Source of the DNA: Octopus sinensis
Lineage: Eukaryota
Assembly: GCF_006345805.1 (NCBI RefSeq)
Contig: NW_021825815.1
Span: forward strand, 1-14,573
Direction of reading: 5' to 3'
DNA: 14,573 nt
The translations under genes and the position numbers were made by a program. Under the pieces are notes generated by a model. It was not told the DNA's origin, did no database searches, and was given only the letters and a program-made list of their open reading frames with translations. Shown here piece after piece: positions 1 through 8,798 of this stretch. Position 1 is the stretch's first letter. Each line of letters starts with the position of its first letter.

Positions 1-13
1 TTAGAGTATGCGG

Positions 14-71
14 TCTTCGAAAATATGTCGAAAGTAAAGGAATTTGTTAAAAATCTTCGTTCGACTCCATT
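14..71 (+). mobile_element. 3' half of a PLE-type pseudo-LTR / hammerhead remnant; the 5' half would lie upstream of the window
   Basis: TCTTC-GAAA-ATATG-TC-GAAAGTAAA...ACTCCATT is collinear with 12714-12770 (TCTTC-GAAA-CATG-TC-GGAAGTAAA...ACTCCATT), the 3' half of the PLE hammerhead. 27/38 identity over the GTAAA...ACTCCATT segment. The CUGAUGA half is not in the window. Confidence 0.55.
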
Positions 72-230
72 CTTTTCATTTATTCACATAAAAAACACAA
101 AAATTTCCACACACAAACACGGGGTTCTGACCTTGTCATGTAGCTTCAACCGTGTTTTACTGACGTGAATTTGCTTCTCAGGTATCGATTAATCGAATTA
201 TCCATACTAGGATAATTCATTCAACCTACT

Positions 231-261
231 TATATATATATATATAATAAATATATATATG

Positions 262-320
<59 letters not shown>

Positions 321-339
321 ATATATATATATATATATA
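231..339. repeat. (TA)n microsatellite
   Basis: Direct inspection; a few interruptions. Confidence 0.97.
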
Positions 340-370
340 CAATATACGTATAATACATATATGATATATA

Positions 371-734
371 CAGTTGTCACTAATTGTCACTGACGGTACA
401 GGGTAGCACCTACATTGCTAGAAATATGAGTGAAAAATCCCTTAAAGCCGCAAGGAACCTTAGTTCTACACACATTGACAGGGGAGATAACCGCCCCACA
501 GTGAGGGAGATCAGTATACTAGGCTAGTTTCGCTTAAAATTAAAGCTCATCGATGGTAACTACTCCATCGTTGGATGGTTTAGCGAAATCCCGGCTGTCA
601 GTATATAAATATTTACCAAATGAATTTATGATGGCTGATTAGATCCGCAAGAAAGCACAGGTTATTTTTTTAAACTGTTATTTCTAGCAACGTAAGCGCT
701 ACCCTACACCGTCAGTCACAGTTAGTGACAATTG
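371..734. mobile_element. MITE-like element, 364 bp, with 56-bp terminal inverted repeats
   Basis: 371-426 (CAGTTGTCACTAATTGTCACTGACGG...GCTAGAAATA) versus the reverse complement of 679-734: 48/56 identical. The left end is TA|CAG, as in Tc1/mariner. The right flank reads GA rather than TA, so the TSD is not confirmed. No coding capacity seen. Confidence 0.8.
517..558 (-). ncRNA. Degenerate minimal type I hammerhead-like motif inside the MITE
   Basis: Minus strand reads TACCA-TCGATGA-GCTT-taatttt-AAGC-GAAA-CTAG-CC-TAGTA. Stem II is perfect, GAAA is present and stem III is palindromic (CTAG). The core reads UCGAUGA instead of CUGAUGA, U16.1 is C, and stem I has one mismatch. Confidence 0.45.
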
Positions 735-793
735 GAATTTTCCTTTTTGGTCTTATATTGCGTATAGCCACCTTCGATATTTTATATGATATC

Positions 794-1677
794 CAGGATG
801 GGTGGAAAGTAACTAGGCATTAGAAATTGCTTATAAAATTTTTAGTATCACTGAAGTCATGACACAAAGATTTTTTAAACAGACAACACTAATGGGGATT
901 TCTTATTTTCTTATTGTCTTATTTCTTATTTTCCCGATGGCCGGTCACGTGACTGTTCAGGAGTGAGCTAAGATAGCAGCACGCTATGAAGTGTAGAATT
1001 CCATTGTTTTGGTTCAGAGATGGAGGCATGAAAGGAAAGGTAAGCATGCAACACTACGTCCGGATGCAGTAAAAAGTTGGCATGCAAATCTGATGACCAT
1101 GGGCTCTGTGAACGATGCTAGAAGAAGTGGCCGTGCAGCCACATTTCCGATCAGCGGAGAACGTGGCAACAGTGCAGGGAATGTTTAATCTCTGCCCGCA
1201 AAAATCAGCAAGTCAAGCAGCCCGTGAAAGTGAACTAACAAGACACACAATACGTACGGTGTTGCATAAAGAATTGAATTTTACTCCGTGGAAATCAACA
1301 TTACATCTAGGAGCTAAAACCTGAAGACTGTGACGGCAGAAGTCCAGCACTCCAAGAAGTCCAGATCTCACCCCATGTGACTTTTACCAGTGGGGTTATA
1401 CAAAAGAGGTGGTCTACAAGACGAAATCTCACACACTGGAGGGCTTGGAGACACATATTCAGGTATCTGAGACAACGTCCTTCAGAAGTTTGTTCATTTC
1501 ATCTCTGGCCGTTTGAGGAAATTGGTGATGCCACCAGTGCTTACGTTGAAATATGAAGATTTACTTTCATTTTCTCATGTAATTAAAGAACATGTAGCAT
1601 TTGATTCAATAAATTCGTAAAAGGAATATTGATATTATTACCAATTTTTGATGCCTACTTACATTTCAACCACCATA
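794..1677 (+). mobile_element. Internally deleted Tc1/mariner-superfamily DNA transposon (maT/DD37D-like)
   Basis: Degenerate 36-bp TIRs at 794-829 and 1642-1677 (27/36 identical; shared core GTAA.TAGGCAT). TA follows the right end (1678-1679). Encloses transposase remnants. Confidence 0.85.
937..1556 (+). pseudogene. Transposase pseudogene: N-terminal HTH region (DUF4817-like) plus C-terminal segment; DDD catalytic core deleted
   Basis: From ATG 937: MAGHVTVQE*AKIAARYEV*NSIVLVQRW...GSVNDARRSGR. After a frameshift: RSAENVATVQGMFNLCPQKSASQAARESELTRHTIRTVLHKELNFTPWK, then ELKPEDCDGR. It then jumps to PRSPDLTPCDFYQWGY (1352-1399; WPPRSPDL motif of mariner/maT) and ends ...AYVEI* at 1556. Stops at 964 and 994 and several frameshifts. 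Confidence 0.88.
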
Positions 1678-1717
1678 TATGTGTATATATGTATATGTGT
1701 GTGTGTATATATATATA

Positions 1718-1946
1718 TTTCTTTACTACCCACAAGGGGCTAAACACAGAGGAGACAAACAAGGACAGACAAACGGATTAAGTCGATTACATCGACCCCA
1801 GTGCGTAACTGGTATTTAATTTATTGACCCCGGAAGGATGAAAGGCAAAGTCGACCTCGACGGAATTTGAACTCGGAACGTAACGGCAGACGAAATACGG
1901 CAACGCATTTCGCCCGGCGTGCTAACGTTTCTGCCAGCTCGCTGCC
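1718..1946 (-). mobile_element. tRNA-derived SINE (family A, tail A), full length
   Basis: Reverse complement matches 6464-6692 end to end: GGCAGCGAGCTGGCAGAAACG head, B-box GAGTTCAAATTCC, central GGTCGACTTTGCCTTTCATCC...AAATACCAG (resembles the Nin/Deu-type SINE domain, from recall), tail ...GCCCCTTGTGGGTAGTAAAGAAA. Inserted in a TG/TA microsatellite. Confidence 0.9.
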
Positions 1947-1949
1947 TTA

Positions 1950-1989
<40 letters not shown>

Positions 1990-2134
1990 GTAAAAGTAAA
2001 AAATATACAAAAAACTGGGACAAGAACGTGAAACACCTAGAAGACGACACAAGAAACACAGGACGGGACATTCGAAGCCTCAATCATCAGTCATGAACCG
2101 GATCATCTTCGCGATTTCGGCTGATTAATCTTAT

Positions 2135-2175
2135 ATGTATGTGTGCGCGTGTGTGTACGTATGTATATGTATATA

Positions 2176-2248
<73 letters not shown>

Positions 2249-2371
2249 AGGGCATTTACAACTATGTGGAAACCTTACGCTAGAAAAAGATCTGCTATGG
2301 TCTTACCACCAAGACTTATATATATATACATACTCTACACTTAAAGTAGTATAAATTATATATATATATAA

Positions 2372-2419
<48 letters not shown>
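2135..2419. repeat. (TG)/(TA)n microsatellite blocks (2135-2240, 2357-2419) around a ~90-bp unique spacer
   Basis: Direct inspection. Confidence 0.95.
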
Positions 2420-2420
<1 letters not shown>

Positions 2421-2530
2421 CTTTAACGCATTATAAATAAAAAAAGGCCCCCAGACACAAAAGAATATGCTTCAACACATGAATTCACATAAAGAATCTT
2501 GCAAACCAAATCCAAAAGCGAAACATCAGT

Positions 2531-2746
2531 AATACAGTTCTATATTTAAGAGATGAGGAATTATGTACATTATTTACATTATTTACATTATTTACATTTG
2601 ACGGATATTTGTCCTTATCTTGTTTGTTGTTAACACAACGTTTCAGCTGATATACCCTCCAGCCTTCATCAGGTGTCTTGGGGAAATTTCGAACCTGGGT
2701 TCTCGTTCCTAAGGTATTTTTCGATGTTATCATCATCATTATCATC

Positions 2747-2807
<61 letters not shown>

Positions 2808-2826
2808 TCACTGCCTGGAATCGAAG
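2531..2826 (-). mobile_element. Short HHR-bearing element, copy 1 (SINE/retrozyme-like): B-box remnant, (AAT)n, body, HHR, 9-bp tandem tail
   Basis: Minus strand: TTCGATTCC (2817-2825) AGGCAGTGACCTG, (AAT)n, AACATCGAAAAATACC..., GGTTCGAAATTTCC, HHR, (AATGTAAAT)n, ...TCCTCATCTCTTAAATATAGAACTGTATT. 152 bp are shared with copy 2 (10 mismatches). Confidence 0.75.
2633..2676 (-). ncRNA. Minimal type I hammerhead ribozyme motif
   Basis: ACAC-CUGAUGA-A-GGCUG-gagggtatat-CAGCU-GAAA-C-GUU-GUGU. Stem I is ACAC/GUGU; stem II is GGCUG/CAGCU (one G-U); palindromic AACGUU at stem III; predicted cleavage after GUU. There is an extra A after A9. Confidence 0.75.
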
Positions 2827-2839
2827 CTGGATGATAATG

Positions 2840-2901
<62 letters not shown>
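2729..2901. repeat. (ATT)n 2729-2803 and (AAT)n 2832-2901, mutually inverted, flanking a ~28-bp spacer
   Basis: Direct inspection; these are the inner arms of the 2577-3062 palindrome. Confidence 0.95.
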
Positions 2902-2903
<2 letters not shown>

Positions 2904-3062
2904 CAACAACAACATCGAAAAACACCTTAGGAATGGGAACCTAGGTTCGAAATTTCCCCAAGACACCTGATGAAGGCTTGAGGATATATCAGCCGAAACG
3001 TTGTATTAACAACAAACAAGAGGAGGACAAATATCCGTCAAATGTAAATAATGTAAATAATG
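2832..3062 (+). mobile_element. Short HHR-bearing element, copy 2 (no B-box head; 3' end stops in the 9-bp tandem repeats)
   Basis: 2911-3062 is the reverse complement of 2577-2728 with 142/152 identity. Confidence 0.8.
2963..3006 (+). ncRNA. Minimal type I hammerhead ribozyme motif
   Basis: ACAC-CUGAUGA-A-GGCU-tgaggatatatc-AGCC-GAAA-C-GUU-GUAU. Core intact; stem II GGCU/AGCC; one mismatch in stem I. Confidence 0.7.
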
Positions 3063-3116
3063 AAATAGCAGTAATAACACGATATGGAATATCAAATGTA
3101 CAGAGAACAGCAATAG

Positions 3117-3122
3117 CTACTA

Positions 3123-3176
<54 letters not shown>

Positions 3177-3263
3177 AGAAATGGCAATAAGCACGGTTGC
3201 AATAACAACTAAAATAACAGCAGGAACTGGGACATCTACGGTCATGTCAACAACGACAACAGC

Positions 3264-3297
<34 letters not shown>
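3117..3297. repeat. (ACT)n 3117-3176 and (ACA)n 3248-3297 microsatellites
   Basis: Direct inspection. Confidence 0.95.
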
Positions 3298-3555
3298 GTT
3301 GCAATAGCAGTGAGAACAGCAGTAATTATGCAACATTATGATTGTGATCAATTAAAAGAAATATCTGTTTTGTGCCTGAAGATAAACCATTAGCGCCATC
3401 TGTTGGATGAATCAATACGGCAGTTTATATATCAATAGGATTCCGCCTCATTTCTGAACGGGGACGGTGGGGAATGTGACAAAAAAAAAAGCGTCAATTC
3501 CTCTAGCGCCATTTTGAATGGTTGAATATGTTCTTGAACTTTTTTAGAGTGGGTC

Positions 3556-4061
3556 GTTGTTTAACCCCGAGTCGGTCCTGGTTAAGCAGAGAGAGAGAGT
3601 GGGGGGAGTGAGAGGAGGAGAAAGATAGTGAGAAACAGGGAGAGGGAAGTAGAGTGCGAGAAAGAGAGAGAGAGGCAGAGAGAGTTGGTCAAAAATGTCA
3701 ATTGTAATGATGAATATATTCATATAATTCTGTAATTTCGCTAGTAGTTTAGCCCTGAGTAGGTCCTGAAGAGGCAGAGAGGAAGAGGAAGAAGGACAGT
3801 GAGAGACTGGAGAGAGAAAGGGGGAGAGAGAAATGGAGAGAGAGTGACAGCCAGATAGACAGACAGACCGACATGCAGACGAGCAGGCAGGCAGACGGAC
3901 GGACGGACGGTTAGACAAAGCAGATTGACAGACTGTTATAGAAAGAAGCAGAGATGGCTAGAGGCATTCCAGCCGTGGCTGCCATGCCATTTTTCTTTTG
4001 GGCATACGGTTACCTAAACTCTAAATGGATACAGTTGGACATGGTGTAGGAGAATTCTGGC
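3556..4061 (+). repeat. Fragments of an old dispersed repeat family interleaved with AG-rich and (GACA)/(GACG) simple repeats
   Basis: 35-nt head at 3556-3590, repeated at 3744-3778 (27/35). It continues as AGCAGA...GGCATTCCAGCCGTGGC at 3947-3979. Related motifs occur at 6934-7001 and 13502-13688. Confidence 0.5.
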
Positions 4062-4269
4062 AAAACAACAACAACAACAACGATAAGAAACAAAGCAACA
4101 ACTAAACGAAGAAGCTAAAGAAATAAAAGCGAGACAAGGAAAAAGAACATCAAAACTATTCGCTGAGTAGAATTGGATGTATCAAGCGGATTATCCGATT
4201 AAATCGCAAAACATATTAGCCGCAATGACGCCTGATATCCGCTGAGATTAACAGTAATTGACTATCGGC

Positions 4270-4324
4270 CTCTCTCTCTCTCTCTCTCTCTCTCCCTCTG
4301 TCTCTCTCTCTCTCTCTCCCTTTA

Positions 4325-4358
<34 letters not shown>
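4270..4358. repeat. (CT)n microsatellite
   Basis: Direct inspection. Confidence 0.97.
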
Positions 4359-4458
4359 CCCATAACGTATTATCATTTGGAATAAGGATGTTGCCGTATT
4401 AGGGGAAATGCCAAGCTTGACATCAAGCGCAATGTGTCACATTTTAACTAGTCCTTTA

Positions 4459-4498
4459 AATAATAAAATAATAATAATAATGATAATAATAATAATAA

Positions 4499-4552
<54 letters not shown>

Positions 4553-4672
4553 TAATAATAAATATAATAATAATAAATATAATAATAATAATAATAATAA
4601 TAAATATAATAATAATAATAATAATAATAAATATAATAATAATAATTATAATAATGATAATAATAATAATAA

Positions 4673-4720
<48 letters not shown>

Positions 4721-4764
4721 TAATAATAATAATGATAATAATGATGATGATGATGATGATGATG
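4459..4764. repeat. (AAT)n array with periodic AAATAT interruptions, ending in (GAT)n
   Basis: Direct inspection. Confidence 0.97.
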
Positions 4765-5068
4765 ACAATAAAGTTATAATTTTAGAAAATGGAAATGTTC
4801 AATGGGCGTTTGGATTAAAATATAAAAAAAAAAAACTATAACGAAATCGATGCAGACAGATGTTTTTAAGGAAAAAAGAAAAAAAAACCCCAAAAAAGTC
4901 AGTATTTTTCTTGACGGTTGTTTAGTTTTTATATATATATATATATATTTTATGTGTGTTCTTTATGAGAAAAGAGTGCGCATCAGTGCGCATGTGTGTG
5001 TATGGGGGAACATGTATCATACGTGTGAATATGCGAACATGTTGGTGTATTTGTTGCATTTGCTGCGT

Positions 5069-5234
5069 TCTCTCTCTATCTCTCTGTCTCTCTGTCTCCT
5101 TCTCTCTCTATCTCTCTGTTTCTCTGTCTCCTTCTCTCTCTGTCTCTCTGTCTCCTTCTCTCTCTGTCTCTCTGTCTCCTTCTCTTTCTGTCTCTCTGTC
5201 TCTCTCTCTCTCTCGCCCCCCCCTCTCTCTCTCC
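5069..5234. repeat. (CT)/(CTGT) array with a 24-bp higher-order unit
   Basis: CCTTCTCTCTCTGTCTCTCTGTCT at 5130-5153 and 5154-5177, and with one change at 5178-5201. Confidence 0.93.
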
Positions 5235-5715
5235 ACAGGATATGCTATCAATTTAGAATGATGGTTTAATGCATTGTGTGTCTCTAGCCATAAATCTAAT
5301 GAGTTTCTTCCTTCCCACAATGCACAGCGACTCGATGACGCATCACTTCGCCTGGGACAGCTGCCACTAACCGACATGTTTAACTTTACGCTTTCTTTCC
5401 TCTGTTTTTTTTTTGGGGGGGGGGGGTTTGTTTTTTTTTCCTTAGAAAGTTTCTGTTGTTGCTGTAAAATTCTTAAACCCATTCTAAAGCTAAAATGACT
5501 CTTTCTACCACCTTACTTCGTCTATACGAGGAACATATTTTATCTAATGCCATGGCTGCTGTGCCAACTGGGAAGAACACAAGAACAGATTTCGACCAGA
5601 AAGATAAGGGTTCTAATAAAACAAAACAAACGAAACACCAACTTGTAATCAATCTTCGAAGAATCGATATTCCCATGATTAACTTGGCATATATACCGGC
5701 ATATCCCTTACTCAA

Positions 5716-5776
5716 ACACACACACACACACACACGTACATTCTCTTTCTTTCTTTCTTTCGTTCTTTCTTCCTTC

Positions 5777-5811
<35 letters not shown>

Positions 5812-6051
5812 TATGTATGTATGTATGTATGTATGTATGTATATATATAAACATACGTGCACTTTCACTAAATTTACACATATTTTCACCGTACCATAAA
5901 TACGTACATGCATGCATGTATCCATCCATCCTTCCATCCATCCATCCATTCATACATGCATGCATACAATACATACATACATACATACATACACACACAC
6001 ACATCCATCCATCCATCCATACATACATACATACATACATACATACATACA

Positions 6052-6081
<30 letters not shown>
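5716..6081. repeat. Compound microsatellites (CA)n, (TTTC)n, (TATG)n, (CATC)n, (CATA)n
   Basis: Direct inspection. Confidence 0.95.
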
Positions 6082-6083
<2 letters not shown>

Positions 6084-6463
6084 CGTTCATACACATACAG
6101 CTATGCATGTATTTGATTTAAACTATGTCTTCTGCAGTAATTCCTTAGATCAAGCGGCAGATATACATATATATACGTAGGGCGGTTAATGGACAGACAG
6201 GCAAGCAGAAAGACAAACAGACGGACAGACAGACAGGCAGAAAGACAGACAGACATACAGATAGGTTTATACAGATCACTACATTGGTTGAGCGCTACAC
6301 TTTTTATAGAACTGTGCATAATATTTGCTCGAAATCTGCCCATGTGGTAGAGATCCATTTGCTTAGGAACCAAAAGACTTGGCTGTATCTTGGAAGGTGG
6401 AAGACCTTCTAGGACGTGCCTGCCGTACACGAAACGATTCTTTGATGCCTTGCAGGTATTTTA

Positions 6464-6692
6464 GGCGGCGAGCTGGCAGAATCGTTAGCACGCCGGGCGA
6501 AACGCTTAGCGGTATTTCGTCTGTCGCTACGTTCTGAGTTCAAATTCCGCCGAGGTCAACTTTGCCTTTCGTCCTTTCGGGGTCGATTAAATAAGTACCA
6601 TTTACGCACTGGGGTCGATATAATCGACTTAATCCGTTTGTCTGTCCTTGCTTGTTCCCTCTGTGTTTAGCCCCTTGTGGGTAGTAAAGAAA
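6464..6692 (+). mobile_element. tRNA-derived SINE (family A, tail A), full length, candidate 8-bp TSD
   Basis: A-box-like TGGCAGAATCG (6474-6484), B-box GAGTTCAAATTCC (6536-6548), central domain and tail as at 1718-1946. GGTATTTT lies at 6455-6462 and 6695-6702. Confidence 0.9.
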
Positions 6693-6933
6693 TGGGTATT
6701 TTGATGGTTGACCAATACTTCCACGTTAGTAGAGAAAGAGGTTCAGAATAGTAATTGTAAGCAGTGATTTTTTTTCGACTTGTATTAATGCGGCACAGCT
6801 GTGAGGGAGTCAAATAAAACCGTTTATATCCGCACCCATTCTTGACACTGGTCCTAGGAGGATTGTAGTTAGGAAAACAGCTTTGGTTACCCGCATGGAT
6901 GAGGACCGTGTAGATTGGGGCGGGTGGGTGGAG

Positions 6934-7001
6934 GTTGTTTAACCTAAGGTCAGCTTTGACCCATCACACATAAGACAACGTGTATTCCATCCGCGACCGT
7001 C
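6934..7001 (+). repeat. Diverged fragment of the dispersed repeat seen at 3556-4061
   Basis: GTTGTTTAACC...GGTC and ATTCCATCCGCGAC match the motifs at 3556 and 3966. Confidence 0.45.
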
Positions 7002-7185
7002 TCGCGTATAACCTCTTTTATTTTGTGCGTGTGTGTAGGGGTGGGTGAAGGTGCTGAGGGGTGGCGTTGTATCTAGAATTACATTGTTTACTATATCCTT
7101 CCTATTTTAAGACGATAAAGTCATGAATGAGACAGATTTAGGTGCTGTTTCTCGCAAATTAATCTCTTTTTTATCGCACACATAC

Positions 7186-7460
7186 TCTCCCCTCCTCTCA
7201 CTCTCCCTTGTCTCTCTGTCTCTCTTTTTCTCTCCCCTTCTCTCTCACGGCCACAATCTTTCTCTCATTCTCTCTTCTCTCGCGCGCACACACATGCTTT
7301 CTCTCTCTCCCTCTGTCTCTCTCCCTCTGTCTCTCTCACGCATACAATCTTTCTCTCTTTCTCCCTCTCCCTTTCTCAGACATACTCTCTCACTATATCT
7401 CACCATACCTCAAACTATTCCCCTTTTTTCCCCCTCACACAGAAATTCTTTCAGCGCCCC
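7186..7460. repeat. CT-rich low-complexity tract
   Basis: Direct inspection. Confidence 0.9.
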
Positions 7461-7798
7461 TTCCTCCTTCTAATGAAATATTTATTTCTGAATCTATATT
7501 ATATACAAACAAAGATTTGTATATTATACACCCCATAAGCTATACAGCAACACCACTACCTCTCAGCCCCATCCAACAAGCCCTATATTTTTATACACCA
7601 TCATCCTCTCCTTCCTTCTCCCTCCTCCCCATCCACACTCCACCTATCCTTTGTTCTTCACGGAATATAGTTAACTGACAACAAATGAGATTCATTGCCC
7701 TCCAGGGCCAAAGCATTTTGCGCTGGAGGCATTTAGAAATACTTGAAATAATGCACCGACATTAAGGTGCGTGTGTGTATACATATGTATATAAGCAT

Positions 7799-8067
7799 AT
7801 ATTATAATATATATATATAATATATATATATATAATATATAATATATAAACACATCCACACATAAGCATATATATATATATATATAAGCGAGAAAGAAGC
7901 AACAAGAATTCTTGTTGCTTCTTTCTCGCTTATAATCACCCCACATTACTGTATTGTTAAATCAGTATAGTTTTTTTGGTGCATCTAAGTTAGGTACCAT
8001 ATTCAAGTAAATTCATTTAAATTAACTTGAATCTTTATTGCTCTTTGTATATATATATATATAATAT

Positions 8068-8098
<31 letters not shown>

Positions 8099-8125
8099 GT
8101 ATATGTATATATATATGTGTATATA

Positions 8126-8158
<33 letters not shown>

Positions 8159-8172
8159 TCACACACACATAA

Positions 8173-8205
<33 letters not shown>
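7799..8205. repeat. (TA)n microsatellite blocks (7799-7886, 8047-8205)
   Basis: Direct inspection. Confidence 0.93.
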
Positions 8206-8207
<2 letters not shown>

Positions 8208-8362
8208 AGTCGTTCTATTCTTCTATTCCTGTGCGCATGTGAGTTGGGTGTGTGTGTATAAACCTTAATGTTAAGATTGTTAAATTACAAAGTTATAAAA
8301 ATCAAGATATAGTGACAAAAGTACTCAACGCATCTACACAGGAATAAACACTTAAATATAAA

Positions 8363-8439
8363 AGTAGTAGTAGTAGTAGTAGTGGTGGTGGTTGTGGTGG
8401 TAGTAGTAGTAGTAGTAGAAGTAGCAGCAACAGCAGCAA
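8363..8439. repeat. Compound (TAG)/(TGG)/(CAG) triplet repeat
   Basis: Direct inspection. Confidence 0.95.
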
Positions 8440-8748
8440 GACTAGGGGCAATATACACACACTCATACATATACACATATATATACTTATACACACACAC
8501 ACACACACGCACAAACGCACGCATTGAAATATATTTATTTTGAGTATTAATTAAATAAGAATTCTTACATTAATCTGAAGTGTTACTTCATACTTTTGTG
8601 GAGTTCAAATTTATTATTCTTAGGCATGAATATTACTGACAGTGACTTCGAAGTTGTTTTGCAAGGTAAAAAAAACAAAAAAACTAAGAGGAATTGTTAA
8701 AAGGATAAAGATGGCTTAACTAGCCGAAGTCACTATCAATAATACACA

Positions 8749-8795
<47 letters not shown>

Positions 8796-8798
8796 TAA

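Noticed and set aside
1090-1096. CTGATGA core
   Set aside because: Inside transposase codons; no GAAA or stems.
1115-1324. Stand-alone 69-aa gene
   Set aside because: Frameshifted middle of the transposase pseudogene.
2061-2095. HHR-like CTGATGA...TTCGAATGTC on the minus strand
   Set aside because: Lacks GAAA/A15.1 and has no stem I pairing; may be a decayed pLTR but not supportable.
5200-5290. Strong-looking splice acceptor (CT)n CCACAG at 5238
   Set aside because: The pyrimidine tract is a microsatellite and all three frames close within about 12 codons.
6367-6455. Possible 89-nt plus-strand exon (TKRLGCILEGGRPSRTCLPYTKRFFDALQ) ending CAG|GTATTT
   Set aside because: Weak acceptor, unrecognised peptide, and opposite strand to the better exon candidate.
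6464-6560. tRNA gene
   Set aside because: A/B-box-like motifs only; no cloverleaf evident, and it continues into a multi-copy SINE body.
7696-7731. Imperfect 36-nt hairpin
   Set aside because: Too short for a pre-miRNA; has a bulge and mismatches; plausible by chance.
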